A stretch of DNA of 64,000 bases, taken from Sminthopsis crassicaudata. Its lineage: Eukaryota. Every line of letters starts with the position of its first letter. Position 1 is the stretch's first letter. Below are positions 37,120 to 63,915 of the stretch, piece by piece. Where the stretch lies: the NCBI RefSeq assembly GCF_048593235.1, contig NC_133623.1, forward strand, positions 3,534,001-3,598,000, in the 5' to 3' direction. A program made the position numbers and the translations under genes. The notes beneath the pieces are model-generated. The model did no database searches. It had not been told where the DNA came from and saw only the letters and a program-made list of their open reading frames with translations.

Positions 37120-37255
37120 TCGGCCTCCGTTTTTAATGAGTTTTTAGTATTTTTGTTAAGATGAGGCTGCCGCACTGTCGGGTTTTGTACGCTATTTATA
37201 CAGACATGCGGGGCTGGCTCAGCACCCAATACACAGCGCCTCTTTGCAAAGGGAG
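37120..37255 (+). terminator. MED12 3' UTR end with non-canonical polyA signal AATACA (37228-37233)
   Basis: There is no AATAAA after the stop. A U-rich tract (TTTTTAGTATTTTTGTT) is followed by CACCCAATACACAG...CTTTGCAAAGGGA and a downstream GU-rich segment (GTGTTC...TGTGTTTGTT). This resembles the human MED12 3' end as recalled. Confidence 0.6.
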
Positions 37256-38399
37256 TGTTCAGGCTCTGTGTTTGTTGGGGCAGGATGGGGGGCCGGGGCT
37301 CCACAGACGATGTGAGAGTCACGGAACACGCGACCCGGGACGTGGTCCCCAAGGGGCCGTTGTCACTGAGCCCGACGCCCAGGCCTTTGGCCCATTCCGG
37401 TCTTTCCCTTGCTCGTAGAGTCAAAGATTTCAAGCTGAACCTTAGGGAGCCGGCAAACCCAAGCTCTTTATTTTTCAGAGGAGGGAAGGGGCAGAAGGGT
37501 TAAATGACTTGGCCAGAACCATACTGTGTCTGGGGCAGAATTCAGAGCCAGGACTTACTAAGTCCAAGCCCATGTCCTTCCCCAGCTGAGGAATGGCCCT
37601 TGGCCTGCCCAACAACCTCTTCAGCCAGAGTGGAGATCTTCTGCCCTGTGTGTCTAGTGTGGGCAGAGGCCCAAGGCCCCAAGGCTCAGTCTTATAGGGC
37701 AGGGTGCGCCCCTTCACCACAAGGCAGGAGTTTGAGAGATCCAGCCCAGCAGGGGCCATGGCAGTCCCCGCATGAGAGGCAGACTGGCTTCTGTCCTCCG
37801 CTTTGTTGGTGGATGGATCTCGTGGTCACATTTCGTGATGCCCTCCTGAGCCGTGGCCATGGGCTTGATTAACATTAGGCCTGGTTCGTGTGCACGGAAG
37901 CGAGGGGAGAGCTAGATGGGGCCAGAAGAGGGCTGCAGTGGTAGCTGCCTGGCCTGCCACATCTTGGCCTCTTTCCCCAATGAGTCCCCAGCCAGTCCCA
38001 AGGCCCGGGGGATGGTGGGTTAGGGCTGATGGCACCTTTGGGAAATGACCTTGAGTGAGCAAACACCGTCCAAACCCCAGAACCGACCCACTCTAATGGA
38101 AAGGGCTGGGTGACTCAGATCCAGCATTGAAATCATTGAAAAAGACAAGATTTAGGAGTCATCACTCATGGAGATCACATGCCCCCCTTTGGGATCATCT
38201 CAGAAAAGTAGTGTACACAAGGTGGGAGGGGTGGGGTAGTGTTTGCTCTCTGGAGCACCGGGTACTTGTGAATGGATACAGCCTTCCGTCCCTCCCCTGG
38301 CGTGGGTCACCATCCCGGACTTGTTGGGAGGCTGAAGGTCAGCTTGGAAATGGTGGGCTCAGAGCGATTTGGAGGTCAGCAGGACTTCCATCCTGACTA

Positions 38400-39995
38400 G
38401 TGGATGGATGGATGCTGGATGGGGATGGATGGATGGATGGATGGATGGATGCTGGATGAAGATGAATGGTTGGATGGATAGGGGGATGGATGCTGAATGG
38501 GGATGAATGGTTGGATGGATGCATGGATGGATGGATAGGGGGATGGATGCATGGATGGGGATGAATGTTTGGATGGATGGATGGATGGATGGATGGATAG
38601 GGGGATGAATGGTTGGATGGATGGATAGGGGGATGAATGGTTGGATGGATGGATAGGGGGATGGATGCTGGATGGGGATGAATGGTTGGATGGATGCATG
38701 GATGGACGGATAGGGGGATGAATGGTTGGATGGATGGATAGGGGGATGAATGGTTGGATGGATGCATGGATGGATGGATAGGGGGATGGATGCATGGATG
38801 GGGATGAATGTTTGGATGGATGGATAGGGGGATGGAAGCTGGATGGGGATGAATGGATGGATAGGGGGATGGATGCTGGATGGGGATGAATGTTTGGATG
38901 GATGCATGGATAGGGGGATGGATGCTGGATGGGGATGAATGTTTGGATGGATGCATGGATAGGGGGATGGAAGCTGGATGGGGATGAATGGATGGATAGG
39001 GGGATGGATGCTGGGTGGGGATGAATGTTTGGATGGATGCATGGATAGGGGGATGGATGCTGGATGGGGATGAATGGTTGGATGGATAGGGGGATGGATG
39101 CTGAATGGGGATGAATGGTTGGATGGATGCATGGATGGATGGATAGGGGGATGGATGCTGGATGGGGATGAATGGTTGGATGGATGCATGGATGGACGGA
39201 TAGGGGGATGAATGGTTGGATGGATGGATAGGGGGATGAATGGTTGGATGGATGCATGGATGGATGGATAGGGGGATGGATGCATGGATGGATAGGGGGA
39301 TGGAAGCTGGATGGGGATGAATGGATGGATAGGGGGATGGATGCATGGATGGGGATGAATGTTTGGATGGATGGATAGGGGGATGGAAGCTGGATGGGGA
39401 TGAATGGATGGATAGGGGGATGGATGCTGGATGGGGATGAATGTTTGGATGGATGCATGGATAGGGGGATGGATGCTGGATGGGGATGAATGGTTGGATG
39501 GATAGGGGGATGGATGCTGAATGGGGATGAATGGTTGGATGGATAGGGGGATGGATGCTGAATGGGGATGAATGGTTGGATGGATGGATGGATAGGGGGA
39601 TGGATGCATGGATGGGGATGAATGTTTGGATGGATGGATGGATGGATGGATGGATAGGGGGATGAATGGTTGGATGGATGGATAGGGGGATGGATGCTGG
39701 ATGGGGATGAAAGGTTGGATGGATGGATAGGGGGATGAATGGTTGGATGGATGCATGGATGGATGGATAGGGGGATGGATGCATGGATGGGATGAATGTT
39801 TGGATGGATGCATGGATGGATGGATAGGGGGATGGATGCTGGATGGGGATGAATGTTTGGATGGATGCATGGATGGATGGATAGGGGGATGAATGGTTGG
39901 ATCGATGGATAGGGGCATGGATGCTGGATGGATGGATAAGGGGATGAATGGTTGGATGGATGGATGGATAGGGGGATGGATGCTGGATGGGGATG
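38400..39995. repeat. 1.6-kb GGAT-based complex satellite
   Basis: Mosaic of GGAT(G), GGATAGGGGGAT, GCTGGATGGGGATGAAT, GCAT and GAATGGTT modules. It generates the 519-613 aa H/P/S/I-rich minus-strand pseudo-ORFs. Confidence 0.97.
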
Positions 39996-40179
39996 GGCCA
40001 GAACAGGAGCCTGAGCAGGACTCTCCAGGGCATCAAGAAAGATGGCCAGAGCCAGAGGAGGGGAGACGCAAGTGAAGGGACTGGACTGGGCAGACCCAGC
40101 CTTCCTTCGTTCTCTCGTTCCCTCCCTCCCCCCCTCCCTCCCTCCCCGATAGACCCCAGAGCGTTGGGCCAAGTGGGCA

Positions 40180-41300
40180 AAGGGCTAGCGGACAGCAGCG
40201 GGGACCGCTCTGAGCGCCAAGATGGGCCTCAGTTTCTCTCCGCTCCCCCGGTGGGAGGGCGTGGCGGGAAGGCGCTCCGGCGCCCAAGGAGTTAATGGCG
40301 AGGACCCCGCCCCCCCCAGCGCCGCGCGCCCCCCGCCCGCCCCCACGCGCCGCGCGCCCCCGCGGTGCGCGGGCACAGCCAGGCTGCCGGCGAAAGGATC
40401 GGCGGGGACTGGGCTGCGGAGCCCGAGCGGCCGCCTCGGAGGCCCCGGCGCCGCCGCTGCAGCAGCCACCCCGCAGCCGCTCCGCCTCCACCACAGCGAT
40501 CGCCATGGCCGCTCCGCGTGCAGCCCTGCCCGGGCGAAAGGTGAGGCTGCTGCGGCCCCCCCCCCCCCCCCCGGCGCCCCGCAGAGCCGCCACCAGCACG
40601 GTGCCCCCCCATCATCCCGCGGCCCCCCCCCGGCCCGCGGCCCCCTCTGGGGGTCCCCCGCCGCTTCCATCCCCCCCTCCTTGGCCCGGGACCCAAAGGG
40701 CGTTTGGGGGTCGCCTGACTTCGTTGGGGGCGGGTCGGTGGCGGCGTCCAGGGAGTTAACGGAGCCCGCCCAAGGGCGGGGGGACCTCGATGATGGAGCG
40801 CGGCGCCGAGGGGGTTAATGGGGGTCGCCCTGGCGGAGGAGCCGCGTGAATGAGCGGTCTGTGCCCGGAGGTTGCCATGGCGACGCTGAATGGGGGATTG
40901 TGTGAGCTCAGCTGCCGCCCGCCCCCCCCTTCCCCCCCCCCCCCGCCCGCCCCCCGGCCCGTCTGTCCGCCCTCTTGCTCGGTTCCTCCTGCCCCGTGCC
41001 CCGTGCCTCGGTCTCCCTTCCCGCTCAGGCCCCCGGCCCGGCACTCCTCCCCCCGATGACATTGCCTGCCTGCCCCCTGTCAGCCAGCGCCCGCTCCCCC
41101 CCCCCAGACACTTTCGCATTCCCCTCTCGTCGCCGATCTTGCCGGGCGTTCCCAGGCTCCCTTCTGTACCCCTTCGGCTCGCTCTTAAAGGGGCCACCCC
41201 TGTAAGCCGGGATGGATGGCGGGAGAAACTGGGGAGGTGGGGGGCGGCGCGGATCGGGTGGGCAGGAGGCTGAGCGCGTTTGTCGCCGGGGAGAGAGCGC
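40180..41300 (+). promoter_or_regulatory. NLGN3 CpG-island promoter and non-coding exon 1 (donor AAG|GTGAGG at 40540/40541)
   Basis: Extreme CpG/GC density, a strong 5' splice site, and a matching acceptor TTTCCACAG|GCTC at 42124/42125 upstream of the NLGN3 ATG. X-box GTTGCCATGGCGAC at 40871-40884. Confidence 0.75.
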
Positions 41301-42283
41301 CTCTGTGTGTACGGAAGAGATGTGTGCCAGTCACGCTGGGCTGTCTCCGAAGTGTGTGCGCGCTTGGGGGGTGGGGGGTGTGTTTGTGTGTGTGTGTAAG
41401 GGGTGTGTGTCTGGGGGGGGGCACGTCCCTACCTTTGTGTCCAGCATTCCCTTGGTTTGTACGCCCCTCGCCAACCTGTCTCTTGAAGCCACATGGCACG
41501 GCCAGGGGCCCTTTTCCTCGCGCTGATTTACACCGGCTGGGCGGCGGGGTACTTGGCAGCAGCCTCTCGGGCTCAGCCCTGGCACTCCCTGGAAATGGGC
41601 GATGAGATGCCCGCCCCCCCAGGGGCCAAGACTGAATGGAAGGAGCCATGGGGGACCCCCTCCTCCAGGCGGGCTCTGATGGGGAGATGCCTGGGACTGG
41701 GGGGGGAGAGGGGGGCTCAGACTCGCGTCCCGGGCCTCGGTTTCCCTGAAGCGCTCCGGACAATCCCACCCTTTTTCAGCTGGGCAAAGAGCTGTTGGGG
41801 ACATCCGATGCTGTAAGTTACAGCTTTGTGGGCACGGCCGTGCCCAGCCGGGACCAGACCCCCCCCCCCTTATGTAAGCGTTCACAAGCCCTTCCTTCTA
41901 CGGCTTCAGGTAGCTCGCAGAGCCGTCCCTCTTGGCTTTGGGTGCCAGGGCTTCCAGCATCCCGCCTCAGTCTCCAAGTCGGGAGGAAACCTCGGGGAGC
42001 CGCCTGGCCAACGGTCCGGGGAAGGCTCCCTCCGGGGTTGCCCCCGCCCCCGTGGGTGCGTGGAGTCCATCCCCAGCCCTGCCGGGCTTCTCTGGGCTGA
42101 CTCCCCCCCCCCTTCTTTCCACAGGCTCATCGAGCCCTTAGGGTCTCCCCTCTCTGAAGGAACAGAGCCCGGAGGACCTGCCTGCTTGGTGCTGGTACCC
42201 GCGGGGGTGTCCCTCAGGGGCTTAGCTGTGAGGCTCGCGGCAGCTCAGCTATGAGGGGCTCGCCTAGCAGGCCAGTTCCGTGA

Positions 42284-57046
<14,763 letters not shown>

Positions 57047-58006
57047 CTCTCCTCCAGAGCTTCTGCCTGGCCCGGCCCTGCTTCCCCCTCCCCAGACCCC
57101 ATCTGTGCACACACCCATACGCCCCGCCCCACAGATACACACGCGCACAGAGCAGACCCCCCCATGCACAACCACAGACCCCCCCCCATGTACAAACACA
57201 TATCCAGAATGAAACACGAATGGACTCTTCAAAGGAGAAAGCCCTCAGCGGCCCCAGGGAGTCAGCACCCCTGGGGCGGTGGGAAGCAGCAGGTACCTGT
57301 CCCTGGTGCTGGCCAGCCCTTGGCCCCCCCTCCCCCCCACCCCCCCCTGCTTTCCTCTCCCCCCCCCCCAGCCAACCCCAGACTTGGGATCCTTCTCCCT
57401 CCCACTGGGGCTGTTCTGGATCTTGGTGGATTTTGTCTTTATTTTTATTTTTCATTTTTGAATAAGTGCTTTCTTCTCCCCGGGAAAGGCAGAGAAGGGA
57501 AGGAAAGGCTTCTTTCCCTCGATCCCCCATCGCTCACATAGCCAGAGACCAGGGAGCAGGGTTCTTTAAGCAGAATGGGAACCAAGGAATACCATGGGCC
57601 GGAAAGAGGAAGGGGAAGGGGATGAGTTGCCTGGCCCCTGGCATAGTTCAGGTCAACTCTCGCCTAGGCCTGCCCCGGGGGCCGCTGGGAAGGGGCTGCT
57701 TGGGGGGGGCAGCTTTCACCCTGGTACCAGGCCTGCCCGCACCCCCCACCTTCACTCATCCTGCCACCCGAGTGCACTCTGGGGTGCTGCCCTTCCCCAC
57801 CCTTGGGCTACTGCTGTTAGGAGCTTGCCCCCTTTTTCTTTTCAGTCTCTTTTGTGTCATTTCTCTTTCAAAAAGACTTTTTAAAAAAAAAAAAAAAAAA
57901 AAAAGAAAAAAGAAAAAAAAGAAAAGAAATTAGTTCTTAAAACACTAATGGAAACCCCTGGAGTTTGTTCTTTGTACAGATTTTAAACACGGTGTCTTGA
58001 TATAAA

Positions 58007-58012
58007 AATAAA
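58007..58012 (+). terminator. Probable NLGN3 polyadenylation signal AATAAA
   Basis: First AATAAA after the stop codon (~960 nt 3' UTR), preceded by TGTA and an A-rich tract at 57883-57926. Confidence 0.6.
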
Positions 58013-61000
58013 AACTCCGGTTAGCGCTCCCAACCTGTGTCCCTCGTACAGGCCCTGCTACAGCAGCCCCCAAGGGCCACCCCCTAGCACCGGGCCTCCC
58101 GGGGCCTTGGACCTCCTCTGCCCTTCCCAGCGGACTGTTCAGTCCCTCACGGCACTGCCGTTCTCCTCTCAGCTCTCCCGGGGTCCTGGAGCTGAGTCTG
58201 CCCACTTCTGAGCATCTCGGGTGTCGGGGCCCCGAAATGGCAAAAACCCAAACCATGTACACTTTCCCCCCTGGCAGAGGTGGGCAGGACCACCTGACTT
58301 CCTCCCAGAGGGGCACCCCTGGGCTTGCCCTCAGCCTCACCCCCTGGCCACAGTTGGGTCAGAATAGCCGTGCAGCTCCCATCCAGAGAGCAAGTCCTCC
58401 TCGGGAGACTGGATGGGACGGGTCTGTTGGCTTCTGTACAGACATGCCCCCCGGTCCGGGAAACCGAATCAGAGAAGGTTTGGGGGTCCCAGGAATGATC
58501 TTGAAACAATCATTGGCCCTGGGGAATAGATGGAGCAGGGGGCCCACGGCTTTGCAGGTCCCCAGCAACTTGGCTTTTGTTGCACCTGATGCAAGCTTCC
58601 TGAAAGCTTCCCAAGATGGGCCACCCCCAAAGCACCCTCAGATCATCATTGAAGTGGGGGAGTGGCGAAGGCCGTGTCAGAATCCGGAACCGTCCCTGGT
58701 GTGTGTGTGTGTGTGGGAAGCATCCCTGGGCCACCTAGTCCAGCTAGCAGCTTCCCATTTGAAGGAATGACTGGTTCTTGCTACCTCGGGGCTAAAGCCC
58801 TTTGTTTCTAAGCCACAGCTGGGGCCCAAGTGCCTTGGCCCCCAGAGATTGTATCCTAAGGCCCCAATGGCCTATCCTAGTTACTTCCCCTCCTCAAAAG
58901 TAGGAAGACAATTCTGGAGACACCCTGACTCTACCCTGACACTGGGTCAAGTGACTCAATAAGCCCAAAGAACGGACCTTCAGGTCCAAGCTCCTAGGGG
59001 GTAGAAACAGAAGGTGATAAATGGGCCGGAACCCAAATCTGGCTCCGATTGCCCAGGCCAGGGCCGTAAGAGACACGCCGGCACACTTGGAACCAGGGAG
59101 GGAGAAAGACCTGTTCCGTGTCAGGCACTGTACTAAGTGCCGTGTTCGAATTTGTTGTCAGAACAGGCCGCGTGGGCAAGGCGAGGGTAGCCGCTGTCCA
59201 CAACTTGATTCCCACAGAGATCTTGCATGGCTGTGGGGTTAGAGGGATAGGACCGTGGTGTGAGGGAGCCTGGAAAGACCCGGGGGACAAGGTCAGAATT
59301 CAAAGGGATCTCAGGAGCTCAGCTACTTGAACCCCTGTTGGTTTTCTGAAATAGGGTTCTGGCCTCAGGTCTCCAGCAATCATTTCTGGACACATCTTGC
59401 CCCATCGCAATCCAGCTTGCTTTTAGAGCAAAGAAAAAGAGTTGAGGAGCCCTCAATAGAGGGAGCCCCCTGCTACCGCACATGGTGTTCTGCCTCGGTG
59501 GGGGCCGGCCTCTGCGCTTTAGCTGCCTGCACTCCTTGAAGCCCTCGTGTTCTAGAGCAGGAAGCCAAATCCCAGAGTGGGGAAGGCGCTTCCTTCAGCC
59601 ACTGGGTACAAGGCTTGAGCCCCAGGGCTCGAGACCCTGGAGGTCAGCGTTTTCTCAGTGTCTCATACAGCCCACCCCACCATATCTGATACCGGTTTTA
59701 TATTTTTTTTAAGTGTTGCAGCTACTCTCGGGCATCTCATTGTAAGAAAGACACGAAGAAAGGAGGGGCCGGAGAAGAGGAGGAGCGACGTATCAAATGC
59801 CAGGACCTGAGGAAAAGAGGCCGGGGATCTCATTAACCCCTCTTGTTCATTCTGGTTCCCATGCAAGGCCGGAACTGAGGGCTTCCCCCTCCCGTCTGAG
59901 ACGGAAGCCGGGGAGACAAAAAACAAACAACAAAATAAAAGAAAACAAAACATTTGCTGGTGTTGGGAGGGATGAGTCCTTGGGGTAGACCAAAAAGCTT
60001 ATGATGTTTGCTTGCCTGGAGGCAGAGGGATGGCCCATTTGGCTGTTGGAAATGACTTTACAAGAGCCTGCGCTTGAGAAGTGTGACCTTAGTGCCACTG
60101 GATGGCCTAGATCAAGTCTGCCGTCCCAGAATTCATTTGATGCTGGGAGGCGCTGGCCTCGCTAGCAGCAGAATTGGAGGCCAGAGCTGTGAAACAGGCT
60201 GCTTTAACTGATGTTTGAGGCTCTGAGAACCAGCTAAGGAGCCCCTGGTTGTCATGTGGGGTTTGTGTGTGTGTGTCTGTGCGTGCATCTGTGTGTATCT
60301 GTNNNNNNNNNNNNNNNNNNNNNNNNNNNNNNNNNNNNNNNNNNNNNNNNNNNNNNNNNNNNNNNNNNNNNNNNNNNNNNNNNNNNNNNNNNNNNNNNNN
60401 NNNNNNNNNNNNNNNNNNNNNNNNNNNNNNNNNNNNNNNNNNNNNNNNNNNNNNNNNNNNNNNNNNNNNNNNNTACTGAGCCTCAGTTTCCTAATCCCCC
60501 AAACGGGGCCAGCCACACCCTCCTGAGCTCTTCCTGGGCCCAGGCGGGAGCTGAGCTGGCAGTCACCAAATGGCAGAATCCGGGAGCTGGGAGGGCCCTT
60601 GGGCAATCCAGCCATCCCGGAATTGAACTGAACAATGGATCAGATTCAGGTCAGTGGAGACAAAAGAGGAGAGCGCTAAGTTAGGGAGCCAGCAGGAGCA
60701 TAGAGATGGAGGCGAGGAGGTCACGGCCTCCCCACCTGCTCTCCTTGGGAGTGGGAGCTTGGGTTTCACCACAGTGAAGGATGAGCCTGAAAAGGAAATG
60801 GAGGCTTGCGTACAGCAGGCCTTGAATGTCAAGCTAAGGAGTCCAGGTTTCATCAAGTGGCAGGGGATGGGGCCCGGGAGAGGGGAAATAGGAAAGACAA
60901 GCACTTCCTGAGCACCTACTAGGCACCCAGTCCCACACTGAGTGCTTTACAGATGTGCTCCCATTGGATCAGAGCCTTGCTGCCTTTAGGAAGGTTGCTC

Positions 61001-61649
61001 TGATGTCAGCGTGCAAAGGAGCCTGGCTCCGGGAGAGATGGGAGCTGGGGAGCCCAATCCTGGCTTGCACACTTCCCGGGGACGACTTCCTCTGTTAACT
61101 GTGGACAGGGTCTAGTGTCATCTTGTGGCAGAATTGGAAAGTAGCAGGTCTGGGCCGCCATGCTCCCAGGGCCCCCAGAAGCCTCTGAGCTGGGGGTGGA
61201 GCCTGCTTCCCTCTCCAGGCCTGGGCTCTGAGTGATGTCAGCACAGGGAGAGGGTGGGACCAGGCCTGCCCTTTCTCCAAGGCTCCCAGCTTTGCCATTC
61301 CCGGATTCTCTTTCTCTTTCGTCTCCTCCCCTCCCCCCTGAGCAAATGGGACCTGTGGCCAGCCCCGGGCCATCATCCAGCGGCGCTGGGAGCCCTGGAG
61401 TGCTTTGGGGCGAGGGACGCGACAAAATCCCTAAGCTATTGACAACAGAGAGACCCTCCAGTCGCTGTTTGGAAACGGCCGGGCCAGGAACCTCTCTCCC
61501 AAGGCAGCCTGGTCTGTCTGGGGCCAGCTCTCACTGCCAGAAAGCCCTTCCCTGCATCTAAGCAGATCTGCATTCTTCGGGCCTCCGGTGCCAGGCAAAA
61601 CAGACTGCATCCCTCTCCCACTGTGACCCTTCAAAGACCCGAAGAGCAT

Positions 61650-62900
61650 CCCTACCCCTAAGCCCCTAACAACCTTCTTTTCTCCAGGCTAAACATCCCT
61701 GAACCCATCCTTTGAAGCCTTTCTCATGGTGGGGGCAGTTTCCCCTCCTCATCCCACTGATTGCCCTACTCTGACTTTCTCTAGCTTGTCAGTTTCCTCC
61801 CAAAATATGGCAGCCGGAACCGGTACCCGCAATGGGCACAGCCTCTATTGGCTGAAAGCCCCAATCCTTAAGAACTCAATCCTTAAGAGTTCTTACTTGA
61901 CAGCAGGGATCTGGGGATGAGCAGGGGAGCTGTCACTTCCCTAGTCCTGAATGCTGCGCAACCCAAGATGAAATGAACTCTCTTTGGACCGGTTTTGAGT
62001 TTGTCACCCACAAAAGCTCCCAGGTCTCTTTCAGACATGGTGCTGTTCCCATGTGGCCATGCTTCCTCATCTGATGCTTGCCAAGCTCATTTTTGGAACC
62101 CAGACTCTGGGGGGGGGTTTATTTATTGGCTATTTATTTATATGGTATTTATATATTTTATAGCTGTATAAATTTGTATAAATTATATAATAAAGAATAT
62201 TTATTTAAATTGAATGAGAATTTTGTTAAATTTCACATGAGTAGCCTTAGCTCTACATTGTTCAAGCCTGCCAAAGGCTGTGTGACACTGACTAGGTTCC
62301 TTCAGCTCTCTGAACTTCGCTTCACTTCCAGCTTCAGGTCACCGAGAAAAACTATTGAACAAAATGAGGCCGAGACAAATACAAAACCCCTAGACACCAG
62401 CTTAGGGGCCATTTTGTCCAACCACTTCATTTTATAGTGGGGGGAAACTGAGGTTCAAAGAGTCTAAGAGATTTGTCGTAATCAGAAAGGATGGGCTTCA
62501 AACTTAGATCCTGACTCCCAAAGCCAATATTCTTTTCTCTTCTAACTTCGTTCATCTTTGAGAGAGTCATTCCATTCTGAATATATCCAACCCATATCTC
62601 TCCATCTTGTCCTCAAGGGTACTGCAAGGCGTTCGGTCAAATGCCTCCTTGAAATCTAGCTACAATTCCATCACAATTTGACTTGATCTACTTTTCTGGT
62701 AACTCTAGAACAATGGGGCTCCCAGTTCCTGGGCTCCTAGATCTATGGCTAGAAAGGACACATGGGACCCAAGGAAGCGAACCAACTTGACCAAACTTAA
62801 TGAAGTAGCTTGAAAATGGCAGTCCTGAAGACCCCATGAAGGCTCTTGGGTGACACTTTCTAAATACGTCTAAGCCACTCTTTGACAAAAGCATCCTAGA
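61650..62900 (-). mobile_element. CR1/L3 LINE remnants with an intervening MIR (~62420-62530)
   Basis: CCTTCTTTTCTCCAGGCTAAACATCCC (L3 3' motif, antisense) and ATCTCTCCATCTTGTCC...GTCAAATGCCTCCTTGAAATCTAG (antisense of the CR1 RT 'LDFxKAFD' region). Confidence 0.6.
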
Positions 62901-62959
62901 ATTTCGACAACAATCTAGCCCACATTTGCTTCCCCTTTTTGAAAACTAGGCTCAGAGAC

Positions 62960-63275
62960 AGGACTGTGGGGATTGAATGTGAATGACAACATAATTTTTT
63001 CACTTGTTTTGTTGTTGTTTGCTTGAATTTTGTTTTCTTTCTCTTTTTTTTTTCCTTTTTGAGTTGATTTTTCTTATGCAGTGTGATAATTGCAGAAATA
63101 TGCATAGAACTGCACACATTTAAACATATATTGCATTACTTGCCATCTAAGGGAGGGGATGGAAGGGAAAAGGAAGGAGAAAAAAAGATTTGGAACAGGT
63201 TTTGCAAGGGTTAATGTTGAAAATTATCTATGCATATGTTTTGGAAATAAAAAGCTTTAATTTAAAAAAGAAAAG
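62960..63275 (+). mobile_element. Marsupial LINE-1 3' end with polyA-like tail
   Basis: ...CTTGCCATCTAAGGGAGGGGATGG...TTTTGCAAGGGTTAATGTTGAAAATTATCTATGCATATG...AAATAAAAAGCT followed by an A-rich tail. Confidence 0.7.
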
Positions 63276-63339
63276 AAAACTTGGTTCACATTTGTTCCTC
63301 TCCAGTGCTACACCTGTGCACCATGATCTTATTTTTTCT

Positions 63340-63650
63340 CCACATATGTGTTTTATTTTATTTCATTACATTATATATTAACTTTTAAAATACACATTTC
63401 TTTCTGAATTATGTTGGGAGATAAAAATCAAAACCATAGGGACAAACCATGAGAGAAAAAAAAAAAAACACAGGAAAAAAGTGAACATAGCATGTATTGA
63501 TTTAGTCAGTCTCCATAGTTCTCTCTCTGGATGCCGATGGCGTTTTCCATCCAAAGTTTATTGGGATTGCCTTGGATCACTGAACCTCTCAGAAGAAATA
63601 AGTCTTTCATAGTTGATCAACACCATGATTTTGCTGACATCCTCTCCTGT
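63340..63650 (-). mobile_element. Marsupial LINE-1 3' fragment
   Basis: GTGAACATAGCATGTATTGATTTA...CAGTCTCCATAGTTCTCTCTCTGGATGC...TCATAGTTGATCA matches the antisense L1 3' UTR type seen elsewhere in the window. Confidence 0.6.
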
Positions 63651-63654
63651 CACG

Positions 63655-63915
63655 ATTGAACACATTGTTTCATTCTTCCGGGATGTGGTTCTCCTGGCAC
63701 AATTGAATTGTTTCATTCTTCTGGGATATGGTTCCTGATTGAACATTGTTTCATTCTTCCAGGATGTGGTTCTCCTGCCTGGACTGAATACATTGTTTCA
63801 TTCTTCAGAGAGGTGGTTCTCCTGGCACAATTGAACACATTGATTGTTTCATTTTTCCGGGATGTGGTTCCTGATTGAACACATTGTTTCATTCTTCCCT
63901 GATGTGGTTCTCTTG
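63655..63915. repeat. ~40-55 bp tandem repeat, ~5 copies
   Basis: ATTGAACACATTGTTTCATTCTTCC(G)GGATGTGGTTC(TCCTGGCACA) repeated. Confidence 0.85.

Noticed and set aside
37218-37240. REST/RE1-like bipartite motif CTCAGCACC-CAAT-ACACAGCGCC upstream of NLGN3
   Set aside because: The right half lacks the critical GG of GGACAG and the spacing is non-canonical; the sequence is better explained as the MED12 polyA-signal region.
38400-39995. Identification of the satellite as Rsx or Xist
   Set aside because: There is no sequence evidence; Rsx is reported near HPRT1/PHF6 with a different repeat, and marsupials lack Xist.
38339-40180. Three very long minus-strand ORFs (519-613 aa, H/P/S/I-rich)
   Set aside because: They are translations of the (ATCC)n-type satellite, which lacks stop codons on that strand; they are low complexity with no gene structure.
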